64,000 nt of DNA from a virus: the IMG/VR virus record IMGVR_UViG_3300046533_000687, positions 1 through 64,000 of that record; one strand, given 5' to 3'. The notes beneath the pieces were generated by a model that saw only the letters and a program-made list of their open reading frames with translations, was not told where the DNA came from and did not search any database. A program made the position numbers and the translations under genes. Shown piece by piece: positions 23,624 to 33,288 of the stretch. Within the stretch, counting starts at the first letter, position 1, and every line of letters begins with the position of its first letter.

Positions 23624-26393
23624 TCTCTCAGTAGTCGTCGTCGCCGCGACGCTGGCCCTCTCGGAGACTGTCTCCCCGAGCGGCCTTGGCAGTCGCACCC
23701 GGTTCTACTTCCCGAACAGTGGGACCGCGGCCGTTTCGCCGTCCGCAGGGACAGGCTGGAACGACACGACGCAATTCGATCGAGTCGCCCTCGCTCGCTC
23801 GCACAAGAACGAAACGGCGGTTACGAAGACTGAGATCTTCAACGGGTCAGTCCCGGCGAAGGTGCTCATGCGGCAGTTCGTCTCCGAGCCTATCTCTGCG
23901 CAGGTCATTTCCGGCTCAGTCAAAGGCCAGCTGCAAGGGCTTACGAGTCAGGTCGCGAAGCTGGGCAACGTAGCCGTTGCCATCCGCATCGTCAAGAACG
24001 ACGGGACGGATTATAACCCCGTCAAAGACCTGATTCAGACGCCAGCAGCCGGCGATCTGGTCGCCGCTCCTCCGCAGTTTAGCACGACGCTCACGAACCG
24101 CTCCCTGAACAACATCAGCGAGCAGGTCGGCATCGGTCTGACTCCGCAGACGGCAGTTGCTGGAGACCGGATTGTCATTGAGCTGGGCGTGCTGGACACG
24201 GTTGCCAACGCGTCGAGAACGCTCGGACTCTCGTTCGGCGGGACGACGATCACCGACCTCGCCGAGGACAACACCACCACCACCGTCAACTATCCGTGGA
24301 TCGAGTTCAATACTCCGATCCTGATGGATCCGATTGAGCTGCTCAAGCTCTCGGAAACCGTCACGGCAAAGAGGTATGGCGATGCCACGCCTGCGAATGA
24401 AGTCCTCCGACTCTCGGATACGGTCACCGTCACGCGCGATCTTGAGACGGGAGGGTTCGACGAGACCCTGCGGTTATCGGACGTAGTTTCGTCAGCGCTA
24501 CAGCTGGCCGTCTCAGTCGGGTCAGAAACCTTACGCATAACTGATACCTCAACTCCTGCGATAGAACTATCGACGTCCCTGACGGAGACGTTCCACCTTG
24601 GTGATGGTGGTGCGGTCAACCAACAAGGTATCGTCCGACTTGAAGGCGTCCTTCGCGTCATAGATGGTCCGCCCGTCGCGGAGCTAGGCTTCTTCGTCGG
24701 TCCGGAGGTTCTTGTCCTCTCGGATACGGTCGCTGCCGCGTTAACGAGCGGCGCTAGTGATCTTAATGCCTCCGGATTTGATGAGACGCTCAAGCTCTCC
24801 GAAAGCGTTCAGACAACACTCGATCCGCTGCAGGCAAGCCCCTCAGAGATCATTCACGTTTCGGATTCCGTCCAGACGCTGCTAAATCCGCTGCAGGCGT
24901 CGCAGACGGAAACGCTGAAGCTGACGGATACCGTTCAGGCGCAGCTTGATACGCTACTCGTATCGCTCTCCGAGACGCTCAAACTTTCTGATGCAGTTTT
25001 TGCGTCGACCGACGCACTGAGCGCGTTACTTCAGGAGACGCTGAAGCTCTCAGAAGCGCCACAAGAGACGCTTGACCCGCTGCAGGCATCGCCGCAGGAG
25101 ATGCTGAAGCTCTCCGACGTGCTGCAGGCGCAGACGAACCAGCTGAACGCGTCACAAACCGAGACGCTCAAGCTCTCCGAAGCACTACAGGCGCAACTCG
25201 ATACGCTGCTGGCCTCTCTCAGCGAGATGCTGCGTCTATCGGACAGCATCCTGGCGTCACGTGACCTATCAGTTAGCGGCATCGACGAGACGCTCAAGCT
25301 GACGGATGCAGTCTTCGAGACGCTCGATCCACTACAGGCGTCGCCAAGTGAGACGCTCAAGCTGACAGATACCGTCTTCACCACGCTTGACCCGCTTCAG
25401 ACGACGCCAAGCGAGATCGTTCACGTCACCGATACGGTCACGCCTGCACTTGAACTGTCCACGTCGCTTCAAGAGACGCTCAAGCTTTCCGAGAGCGCCT
25501 CGGGTATTACGGATCTCCTTGCGACGCTGAGCGAACTGGTTCACGTCTCAGATGCAGTTACGGCGAAGCGTTACGGCGATGCGACTCCGAGTGCGGAAAC
25601 GGTTCGGATTGCAGATACCGTCACCGCGTCGATGGGCGAGCTTGCCCTGCCTCAAGGTGAGCAGCTCAAGCTCTCGGAAGAGCTGATCGTTGTGATGGGG
25701 ACGGGCGTCTTCCAGGTAGAGACGCTCAGGCTCACGGACACGATTGCCGCTTCCATCGATCCTGAATTCGGCACGGTATCTGAACAGCTGAAGCTCTCTG
25801 ACAGCGTGAACGTCGCGCTAGAACTGTCAGCGTCCCTCACGGAAGCGCTTCGGCTCTCTGAGGCGCCAAGTGAGACGCTCAATCCAGAGCAGGTCAGCCT
25901 TTCAGAGACGCTCAGGATAACTGACACCGTCACAGCGGGCCTGGGTGACATCGCCTCGTCACCGACAGAGCAGCTGAAGCTCAGCGACGCGCTGACCGTC
26001 AGTGTTGACCTTTCGGCGAGTACGTCCGAGACGCTGCGGATCGCCGATGCCATATCTGCTTCGCGTGATCTTGATGTTGCGCTTGATGAGGTCTTACACG
26101 TCGCGGATACGCTGGATATCATCGAAGACCCAATCGTCATCGAACTTGCAGAAACCCTTCACCTTGACGATCAGGTCGCGGCTGCACTCGATCTTTCAGC
26201 CGCGCTGCAAGAGAGTCTCAGAATTCATGATACGGCGTCGGGACTCGTCTTTGTCCCACAGATCGTCCGCATCCATGTCGTCGGCAACTATCGCCCGACG
26301 GTCGATGTGGTTGGCAATGTGCGCAAGACGGTGAGCGTGGTCGGTAATGTGCGCAAGACGGTCTCAGTAACCGGAAGCTGGAGTGATGCCTGA
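23616..26393 (+). CDS. long repeat-containing fibre-like virion protein (ETL[KR][LV][ST][DE] repeats)
   Basis: About 30 repeats of ~19 aa from ~24330 to ~26240; globular N-terminal domain; C-terminal 10-aa VVGNVRKTVS repeats. Confidence 0.75.
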   Translation: MADLSVVVVAATLALSETVSPSGLGSRTRFYFPNSGTAAVSPSAGTGWNDTTQFDRVALARSHKNETAVTKTEIFNGSVPAKVLMRQFVSEPISAQVISGSVKGQLQGLTSQVAKLGNVAVAIRIVKNDGTDYNPVKDLIQTPAAGDLVAAPPQFSTTLTNRSLNNISEQVGIGLTPQTAVAGDRIVIELGVLDTVANASRTLGLSFGGTTITDLAEDNTTTTVNYPWIEFNTPILMDPIELLKLSETVTAKRYGDATPANEVLRLSDTVTVTRDLETGGFDETLRLSDVVSSALQLAVSVGSETLRITDTSTPAIELSTSLTETFHLGDGGAVNQQGIVRLEGVLRVIDGPPVAELGFFVGPEVLVLSDTVAAALTSGASDLNASGFDETLKLSESVQTTLDPLQASPSEIIHVSDSVQTLLNPLQASQTETLKLTDTVQAQLDTLLVSLSETLKLSDAVFASTDALSALLQETLKLSEAPQETLDPLQASPQEMLKLSDVLQAQTNQLNASQTETLKLSEALQAQLDTLLASLSEMLRLSDSILASRDLSVSGIDETLKLTDAVFETLDPLQASPSETLKLTDTVFTTLDPLQTTPSEIVHVTDTVTPALELSTSLQETLKLSESASGITDLLATLSELVHVSDAVTAKRYGDATPSAETVRIADTVTASMGELALPQGEQLKLSEELIVVMGTGVFQVETLRLTDTIAASIDPEFGTVSEQLKLSDSVNVALELSASLTEALRLSEAPSETLNPEQVSLSETLRITDTVTAGLGDIASSPTEQLKLSDALTVSVDLSASTSETLRIADAISASRDLDVALDEVLHVADTLDIIEDPIVIELAETLHLDDQVAAALDLSAALQESLRIHDTASGLVFVPQIVRIHVVGNYRPTVDVVGNVRKTVSVVGNVRKTVSVTGSWSDA

Positions 26394-26767
26394 TGGCCAT
26401 TGATGGAGCACTTGACGGCCTGTTTATCGGTGGTGACAGTGAGGTCGTCTATACGGATAGCGACCCCGTCCCGCCAGACATGGCCGCGTGGAACATCGTT
26501 CTCGATATCAGAAAGAAGGACACGTCGAATTCTCCTGCGCTCTTGTCGAAGATCGGCGTGGTAAGCGGCGTGTATGCCAACACGCAGGCGGCGAATCAGC
26601 AGAAGGTAACATTCACACTGACGGCGGCAGAGTTAGGATCGACGATCTTCAAGGGTGACGATCCACGGATGCGATATTCGATCAAGAGGACGAACGCGGG
26701 TGCCGAGCAGCCGTTGCGCTACGGTGACTGTACCATCATTCGTGTGACGCAGATCGAGGGAGAGTGA
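26393..26767 (+). CDS. beta-sandwich adaptor (BppU-N-like) protein
   Basis: Size, GGD..V, TFTLTAAE, YSIKRT....L.YG pattern; follows fibre gene. Confidence 0.45.
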   Translation: MAIDGALDGLFIGGDSEVVYTDSDPVPPDMAAWNIVLDIRKKDTSNSPALLSKIGVVSGVYANTQAANQQKVTFTLTAAELGSTIFKGDDPRMRYSIKRTNAGAEQPLRYGDCTIIRVTQIEGE

Positions 26768-26768
26768 C

Positions 26769-27377
26769 ATGCCGTTAGTCATCGATGCAACTGTTGGGGG
26801 AGTCGCTTCAAACAGCTACGAGACGCTGGCAGAAGCGCAGGCGTATTACGAGTCGCGCCTGCCGCTATCCGGGTGGGAAGACGCGGACAGCCAGGACGTG
26901 CTGCTGGTCATGGCCACGCGGCTGCTCGAGAACTTCGCGAACTCGCTGAAGGTCCTCGTGCCGGCACAGAACGGCATCGCGGCCTACTACCTCATCGAGC
27001 GTCGATGGACCGGGATGCCTGCTACCGCGACGCAGAAGCTCTCGTGGCCGCGCATCGGGATGTACGACGTTAACGGGAACCCGATTCCAGAGACCGTCAT
27101 CCCTCAGGAGCTGAAGGATGCCGAGTCCGAGTTCGCCGGGCAGCTTGGCATAGCAGACCGCACGCTGGACAACGACGTGATCGTGCAGGGACTGACATCC
27201 GTCAAGGCGGGCAGCGTGGCGCTGACGTTCAAGAATCAATTTCAGCCACAGGTCGTGCCTGACGCGGTGCTGAACCTGTTGCTGCCAGGGTGGCTGACCG
27301 ACGTGGTCGTCGAACCGGCCGTGCCCGCGCTGTTCGACGTCGTATCTGGTCCACGTCATCATGGAGGCTGGTGGTGA
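26769..27377 (+). CDS. head-tail adaptor (DnaT-like family)
   Basis: NSY.TLAEA.AY, Q.LSWPR, IPQELK.A. Confidence 0.75.
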   Translation: MPLVIDATVGGVASNSYETLAEAQAYYESRLPLSGWEDADSQDVLLVMATRLLENFANSLKVLVPAQNGIAAYYLIERRWTGMPATATQKLSWPRIGMYDVNGNPIPETVIPQELKDAESEFAGQLGIADRTLDNDVIVQGLTSVKAGSVALTFKNQFQPQVVPDAVLNLLLPGWLTDVVVEPAVPALFDVVSGPRHHGGWW

Positions 27378-27757
27378 GCATCCTTGATGCGCTGCGCGCA
27401 GGCGTGAAGGTCGCAGACAAGGTGACGAAGCCTCTGCAGCCGTCGGTCTCCTTCGAGCGCTACCTGAGCGAGGATGGATTCGGTACGCGCACCTATGCAT
27501 CTGCCGTTCCGCTGAAGGCGATCGTCGAGCATAAGCAGCGAAACGTGAGCACGATGACAGGTGAGCTGGCCGTCAGCCGCGCGTATGTCATGTTCCTGGA
27601 CATCGCCGCGTTGGTGATCGCGACGGCAGGGGACGGCGTGGACGTGAATGATAAGATCACGCTGCCGAATGGCGTGACAGGGCCGATCTTGAACTTCGAC
27701 GGCTTCGTGGATGCCGGAACTGGACAACCACTTGCGACGGAGATATACCTCGGATGA
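27374..27757 (+). CDS. head closure/head-tail joining protein
   Basis: DGFG...Y, D.ITLP.G pattern; position. Confidence 0.6.
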   Translation: MSILDALRAGVKVADKVTKPLQPSVSFERYLSEDGFGTRTYASAVPLKAIVEHKQRNVSTMTGELAVSRAYVMFLDIAALVIATAGDGVDVNDKITLPNGVTGPILNFDGFVDAGTGQPLATEIYLG

Positions 27758-28827
27758 CCTTCATCGATTCCCGTCATAAGCTCTTCGGCCATCTCGACCG
27801 CCTCGTCGGCTGGCAGCACGGAGAGCATCCAGCACCGGTGACGGTCGAGTGGGACCTCTCGAACCGCTGCGCGCTCGGGTGCATGGACTGTCACTTCGCG
27901 CACACGCACACACGCGGACCGTGGGCGAGCAAGCCGCGCACCTTACCGATGGCATACGACTCAGGTGGTGACCTGGCTGACATCGACGTCGTGCGACGCG
28001 GTCTGGACCAGATGGCGCGCATCGGTGTCAAGGGTATCGTGTGGAGCGGAGGTGGAGAGCCGACGACGCATCCGCGATGGCAGGACGTCATCGACTACGC
28101 CTCGTCGCTCGGTCTGCAGCAAGGCATGTATACGTTCGGCGGACTGTTTGATGAGAAGTCGGCGACACACCTCGCGAGGCATGCTGAATGGGTCGTCGTC
28201 TCGCTTGACGCACCTGACGAGCATACCTACGCGCACGAGAAGGGCGTGCAGTCGTCACGGTTCTTTGCCGCCTGCGACGGTATCGGGTGGTTGGCGCAGG
28301 TGAAGAAGGCGACCGTCGGCGTCTCGTTCCTCTTGCATGCGGACAACTGGACGCGTGCTGGTGAGATGCTGTCGCTGGCACGAGCGCTTGGTGCGACCTA
28401 CATCACCTTCCGCCCAGCCGTTCGTACAACGCCGGATGCACCATCAACGTGTACTGACGACCGCTCGTGGATCACCGCCGCGCTGCCGAACCTGAAGGAC
28501 TACGAGAGCGAGCCCGATGTCGAGTGTGACGTCGATCGGTTCCTGCAGTATCGAGATTGGACGACGCGGTCCTATTCGACGTGCCACGGCGTGAAGTTGA
28601 CGACGACGATCACACCCGACGGTCGTCTATGGATGTGTCCGCAGCACCGTGGCGTGCCTGGAAGCTGTCTTGGCGACCTCAAGACCGAGTCGTTCAAGGA
28701 CATCTGGTATAGGCATGGTGGTACCTATACACAGTTTGACAACTGCCGCGTCATGTGCCGCTTGCATCTGATGAACGAGACGCTTGCACAAGTCTACGCG
28801 CAGCACGAGCATGGAGCATTTCTGTGA
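27754..28827 (+). CDS. radical SAM protein with SPASM/twitch domain
   Basis: CALGCMDC (CxxxCxxC), SGGGEPT.HP, TITPDG....C, C..MC. Confidence 0.9.
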   Translation: MTFIDSRHKLFGHLDRLVGWQHGEHPAPVTVEWDLSNRCALGCMDCHFAHTHTRGPWASKPRTLPMAYDSGGDLADIDVVRRGLDQMARIGVKGIVWSGGGEPTTHPRWQDVIDYASSLGLQQGMYTFGGLFDEKSATHLARHAEWVVVSLDAPDEHTYAHEKGVQSSRFFAACDGIGWLAQVKKATVGVSFLLHADNWTRAGEMLSLARALGATYITFRPAVRTTPDAPSTCTDDRSWITAALPNLKDYESEPDVECDVDRFLQYRDWTTRSYSTCHGVKLTTTITPDGRLWMCPQHRGVPGSCLGDLKTESFKDIWYRHGGTYTQFDNCRVMCRLHLMNETLAQVYAQHEHGAFL

Positions 28828-29453
28828 TCAACGTCTGTATCACCGTGTTCAACCGTTACGACCTGCTTGCCCGTCTCTTCGCGTCGCTTGGTGCTAGCAC
28901 GGTGCAGCCTGACGAGGTCTACGTCATCGATCGCGGAAATGATCCCGTCCGACTGAAGCATGCCGCCAACGGACGCCCGTTCATCACGGTGCCGCTCGAA
29001 GGGCAGAGCCTCCCGGCAGCGTGGAATTGGTTCATGTCGAACGTCGAGGAGGAGCGCGTCATCGTAAGCGATGACATCGAGTTCTTCCCTGAGACGTTGG
29101 AAACCTTCTTGAAGACGCCAGGTGACCTTGTCGGACTGGAGGATGGCAAGTCGAGTCACTTTGCCTGCTTCGCGCCGCGCAACAGCTGTATCAAGAAGGT
29201 CGGGTTCTTCGACGAGTCGCTGTCACCCGACTACATGTATTTTGAGGATAGCGACTATGGCCGACGCATGCTCCTGTTAGGCATACCGATCGTCGGCATC
29301 TCGTGCATGCATCACGGCTTGGCGCAGTCGTGGGAGAAGAAGACGGAAGCGCAACGCAGCGATCACCATCGGCGGTTCATGATCGCGCAGGACAACTATA
29401 TCAAGAAGTGGGGCGGCATCCCTGGGAAAGAGAAGAAGCATGCAGATCGGTAA
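28824..29453 (+). CDS. glycosyltransferase family 2
   Basis: VCITVFNR, VIDRG, AWN, SDD, VG.FDE..P..MYFED.DY.RR. Confidence 0.8.
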   Translation: MINVCITVFNRYDLLARLFASLGASTVQPDEVYVIDRGNDPVRLKHAANGRPFITVPLEGQSLPAAWNWFMSNVEEERVIVSDDIEFFPETLETFLKTPGDLVGLEDGKSSHFACFAPRNSCIKKVGFFDESLSPDYMYFEDSDYGRRMLLLGIPIVGISCMHHGLAQSWEKKTEAQRSDHHRRFMIAQDNYIKKWGGIPGKEKKHADR

Positions 29454-29955
29454 CCTCTATCATCATCGCGTACTTGGAATGCTGGCGACGCGGACGCAGA
29501 GCTACCTGGAGATCGGCGTACAGGAGGGTGATTCGCTAGCAGCTGTCGTCGCGGCGAACAGGGAGATCGACGTCACACTCTGCGATCCATGGGATGCTAA
29601 TCACGGCGGCACGAACCGTGGCTCACACCACCACATTCAGGAGCGCTTGAACACGCTCGCGCATCGGGGTAAGCGCTGCTACCTCGACGGGTTCTCGTCT
29701 GTGGAGATCCCGAAGATCGACTGTCAGCACTTTGACCTCATTCACGTTGACGGCGATCACTCCTATGAGGGCTGTAAGAATGACCTCAAGATGTGCTGGC
29801 CGATGACGTTACGCTACCTCGTGGTTCACGACGTGTTCTTCCAGGAAGTACGTGACGCGGCGTTTCAGTTTCTCGAGTGGCACCACGCGGAGTTCGGTGA
29901 GGTATCATTCTCTGCATCAGACCACGGGACTCTGGTGATCGAGAGGGAGCGATGA
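29440..29955 (+). CDS. class I SAM methyltransferase (Methyltransf_24-like)
   Basis: YLEIGV..G.S, FDLIHVDGDHSYEG...D, VVHD. Confidence 0.85.
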   Translation: MQIGNLYHHRVLGMLATRTQSYLEIGVQEGDSLAAVVAANREIDVTLCDPWDANHGGTNRGSHHHIQERLNTLAHRGKRCYLDGFSSVEIPKIDCQHFDLIHVDGDHSYEGCKNDLKMCWPMTLRYLVVHDVFFQEVRDAAFQFLEWHHAEFGEVSFSASDHGTLVIERER

Positions 29956-31196
29956 AAAAGCTCCTCTGGGTCGGCGATGCCTGCGTGAGCTCGGGGTTCG
30001 CCCGAGCGACGCATAACATCCTCGACACGTTGCGCTACGTCTTCGACGTCCAGGTGCTCGGACTGTGTTACAGCGGTGACCCGCACGACTATCCGTACAA
30101 GGTCTATCCCGCGTACAGTGGTGGAGATGCGTTCGGCGTCGGGCGTGTCAAGGACATCGCGGAGTCATTCAAGCCGGACGTTATCGTCATCCAGCAGGAC
30201 CCGTGGAACTTTCCACCATACCTCGAGCAGCTCAAGGGGATCGACGCGCCTATCGTCGGACATGTGGCCGTTGACGGTAAGAACTGCGCCGGAGAGAAGT
30301 TGCAGGGGCTGGCGGCCTGCGTCTTCTGGACGATGTTCGGGGAGGCGGAAGCGAAGGTTGGAGGCTATGTCGGGCCGACAGAAGTCATCCCGCTGGGCGT
30401 CGATCGTAACATCTACAAGCCTCTGGACAAGATAGAGCTGAAGGCGAATATCATAGGCCCCGTCCTGGCCGTGCAGCATCTCCCTGCCGACTCATTCGTC
30501 GTGGGCGTGGTCGGGCGTAATCAGGAACGCAAGCGCCTCGACCTGACGATCCGGTACTTCGCCGAGTGGGTGCGGTCGCACAAGGTTGAAGATGCCTGCC
30601 TGTGGTGCCACGTTGCGCCGACCGGCGATCAGGCGTATGACATGCACCAGCTCGTGAAGTATTACGGGATGGGCGGTCGCGTGTTCGCGCCTTCTATCAA
30701 TCCGGTCTACGGGCTGCCTGAAGCGTCGATGGCAAAGGTGATCAACCTGTTCGACGTGTTCTTCTCGACCACGCAGGGTGAGGGATTCGGTCTGCCGGCA
30801 CTCGAGGCGATGGCGTGCGGCGTGCCGCCACTCCTGCCAGACTGGTCGGCGTATGGCGACTGGGCGCGTCGAGGCGCGACGCTCGTGCCCTGCTCCTCGA
30901 CCGCCGTGACGCCGCACATCGGCGGCGCGGTACTCGGCGGCATCATGGACGAGGAGAAGGCCATCGAGAAGCTGCACTGCCTCTATGCCGAGAACGGTCT
31001 GCGTGCGCGGCTGTCACGCCAGGCGCTGGACCTTGCCTCGCAGCCCGAGTTCCAGTGGCCGGTCATCGGGGATGCCTGGCTGAAAGTGCTCTCAGATGTG
31101 CTCCAGAACTGGCCAGGATTGGCTGTGGAAGCTGAAAAGGACGCGGCCGTGGCTAACCCCTTCCAGAGCCAGGCTGTGGCAGAGGTGGCATCATGA
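29952..31196 (+). CDS. glycosyltransferase family 4 (GT-B)
   Basis: SGFAR, IPLGVD...Y.P, VGRNQERKR, EGFGLPALEAMACG.P. Confidence 0.9.
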   Translation: MKKLLWVGDACVSSGFARATHNILDTLRYVFDVQVLGLCYSGDPHDYPYKVYPAYSGGDAFGVGRVKDIAESFKPDVIVIQQDPWNFPPYLEQLKGIDAPIVGHVAVDGKNCAGEKLQGLAACVFWTMFGEAEAKVGGYVGPTEVIPLGVDRNIYKPLDKIELKANIIGPVLAVQHLPADSFVVGVVGRNQERKRLDLTIRYFAEWVRSHKVEDACLWCHVAPTGDQAYDMHQLVKYYGMGGRVFAPSINPVYGLPEASMAKVINLFDVFFSTTQGEGFGLPALEAMACGVPPLLPDWSAYGDWARRGATLVPCSSTAVTPHIGGAVLGGIMDEEKAIEKLHCLYAENGLRARLSRQALDLASQPEFQWPVIGDAWLKVLSDVLQNWPGLAVEAEKDAAVANPFQSQAVAEVAS

Positions 31197-31612
31197 AAGG
31201 TGCCAGCGAGATGATCGCGAAGGTGAGACTTGTCGCGAAGGCGCAGCCCAACCGCGTAGGCGCGGCACTCTACCTTGAAGGGCAGATCGAGATGACCGAG
31301 TCGAAGCGGCGCTGCCCCGTGTCGCCGACCGCCGCGCAGTTCAAGGCGATGGGCCGGACGATGCCGAAGGGCCTGGTGCCTGGCACGCTGCGGGCGAGCG
31401 GACAGGTGGCCGAGCCGGAATATCAGGGCAACAACATCTCCGTCACGCTATCTTACGGCGGCGCGGCGATCGACTATGCTATCGTGCAGCACGAGCGTCT
31501 CGACTATCACCACACGACGGGCCAGGCAAAATACCTCGAGAGTGTGATCAACGAGTCGCGGCCGTTCATGGCCGCGCGCCTTGCTGCGCGGCTGCAGTTA
31601 AAGGAAGGCTGA
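31193..31612 (+). CDS. tail completion / HK97 gp10-like protein
   Basis: G.LRASG, YAIVQHE, GQAKYLE. Confidence 0.7.
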   Translation: MKGASEMIAKVRLVAKAQPNRVGAALYLEGQIEMTESKRRCPVSPTAAQFKAMGRTMPKGLVPGTLRASGQVAEPEYQGNNISVTLSYGGAAIDYAIVQHERLDYHHTTGQAKYLESVINESRPFMAARLAARLQLKEG

Positions 31613-31713
31613 TGTTCATCTGGATTCTTTGCAGCCGTTGTCGCTGCTGGTTCTCGCGGATTGACCCGGCGATCGAAGTTAAGAATGCCGCTTACTGCCT
31701 GGAGTGTCAGTGA
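31612..31713 (+). CDS. 33-aa CxxC peptide (not in ORF track)
   Basis: MFIWILCSRC...YCLECQ, TGATG-coupled at both ends. Confidence 0.4.
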   Translation: MFIWILCSRCRCWFSRIDPAIEVKNAAYCLECQ

Positions 31714-32117
31714 TGCCCTTCCTCGATGAGATCGCCGCGAAGCTCGTGACGGCCAGCGTCGGCACGGTCGGCTCGAACATCTTTCTCGGCTCGAAGGCGA
31801 TCATCCCGGTAGGCAACGGACCGTATCTCTCGCTGGTCGAGACGGGCGGTAGCGCGCCGACGCGGATTCAGAATGTCGCGACGGCACACACGCAGCGCCC
31901 GACGGCACAGGTATCGGTACGCGCAAAGTCGTATCAAGCGGCCAGGACGATGCTCCAGGCGGCATACGAGGCGCTTGACGGGACGTTCAACACGACTCTG
32001 AGCGGGACGTTCTATCAGAGCATCACCGCGCGGCAGGAACCGACGGACGTCGGCCTCGATGACGCGGGCCGCGCGATGATCGTGTTTAACATAGAAGTTG
32101 AGAAGCAGCCATCATGA
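31713..32117 (+). CDS. tail terminator
   Basis: ETGG..P, P..QV.VRA..Y, QEP...G.D..GR....FN. Confidence 0.75.
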   Translation: MPFLDEIAAKLVTASVGTVGSNIFLGSKAIIPVGNGPYLSLVETGGSAPTRIQNVATAHTQRPTAQVSVRAKSYQAARTMLQAAYEALDGTFNTTLSGTFYQSITARQEPTDVGLDDAGRAMIVFNIEVEKQPS

Positions 32118-32198
32118 AGCAGGAGTGCGGGACATTAGGGCAGCCATCCTGAAGCATTCCCGCTTCTTGAGGCCTGTCTCTTATACAGGAGACGAGCG

Positions 32199-32648
32199 AT
32201 GACGTTACCTCTCAGTGGACATGGTGCTAAGATCGAACGGGCACTAGCAGCGACACCGACAGTCTTTGCCGAGATTGCCGAGATCAAGGACATCACGCTG
32301 CCGGGTCTGGATCACAACGAGTTCGATGCGACCTCGCACAACCGGAACATTGATGCCTACGTCATGGGCGTCCTGCGCCGGGACCTGTTCACCATCAAGA
32401 TGAACTTCCTGCCGAGCGACGGCTCGCAGGACCATCTGACGGGTCTGATCAAGGCGGCCATCACGAATCCCGTACCGACGGACGGGTTCAAGATCACGTT
32501 TCCCGACAACACGAACGTGTGGGTCGCCAGCGGTCAGGTGAAGGCCGTAAAGAACATCGTGCTGCCAGTCGACGGGCTGTCGACGGCGGACGTTGAAGTC
32601 AGGTTCAGCGGATTGATGCTCATCAACGGCGTGGTGATCGGCACGTAG
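32199..32648 (+). CDS. major tail tube protein
   Basis: IAEIKDI..PG....E.D.T.H, F.ITFPD; position. Confidence 0.8.
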   Translation: MTLPLSGHGAKIERALAATPTVFAEIAEIKDITLPGLDHNEFDATSHNRNIDAYVMGVLRRDLFTIKMNFLPSDGSQDHLTGLIKAAITNPVPTDGFKITFPDNTNVWVASGQVKAVKNIVLPVDGLSTADVEVRFSGLMLINGVVIGT

Positions 32649-32738
32649 TCTGCAACGCAGCGTCACTACCTCTCTGCCGGTCTTAGAGAGGTGGCGTAAC
32701 TGGAGACCGGCATACTAAGGGCAGAAGCAGGAGCAATT

Positions 32739-32933
32739 ATGCTAACGATCAAGCACATCCTCCCTAACGGCAACGAGCGCGTCTTTCCGGTAACGTCTGT
32801 CGAGAGGACGGAGGAGGGCTTGTCGTTCGGCTCTCAAGAGCTCATCACCTCTGGGAAAGTCTACCTCATGAACGACGCGGGCAAGACGGTGGCACTCTAT
32901 GATTTCGAGAAGAAGGAGCAGAACAATGGATGA
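32739..32933 (+). CDS. small hypothetical protein
   Basis: AGGAG RBS; VYLMND.GKTV. Confidence 0.6.
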   Translation: MLTIKHILPNGNERVFPVTSVERTEEGLSFGSQELITSGKVYLMNDAGKTVALYDFEKKEQNNG

Positions 32934-33288
32934 AACAAAGAAGGTTTACGAGACGCTCGAAGAGATGTTTGCAAGCGGTGCAAGTGACGTCGAGTACGCC
33001 TATGTTGATGGCTTCAAGCCAGGCGAAAGCGTTCGCATCGGTTCTGTGACGGCCGGCGATATGATCGAGTGGAGTGAGGCGAGCGAGGGCGAGGCGAAGC
33101 GCACGGCTGGTCTACGGCTCATCTGCAAGAGCATCGTGAACTCGAAGGGTGAGCGCATGGCTGATAACAAGAAGAACATCGAGAAGTTCCGTGGCATGCG
33201 TCACAAGGAGACCGAGCGCATCGTGAAGGAGATCCTGAAGCTGAACGGGATGACCGTCAAGGCGGAAGCCGAAGCAAAAAAAGACTGA
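32926..33288 (+). CDS. tail assembly chaperone (G)
   Basis: Position before TMP; ends in GCA AAA AAA GAC TGA slippery site. Confidence 0.75.
   Translation: MDETKKVYETLEEMFASGASDVEYAYVDGFKPGESVRIGSVTAGDMIEWSEASEGEAKRTAGLRLICKSIVNSKGERMADNKKNIEKFRGMRHKETERIVKEILKLNGMTVKAEAEAKKD

Noticed and set aside
32174-32187. CTGTCTCTTATACA, the first 14 nt of the Tn5 mosaic end/Nextera adapter
   Set aside because: The match stops before CATCT and runs straight into the AGGAG RBS of the tail tube gene with intact gene order; treated as coincidence, though reads could be checked.
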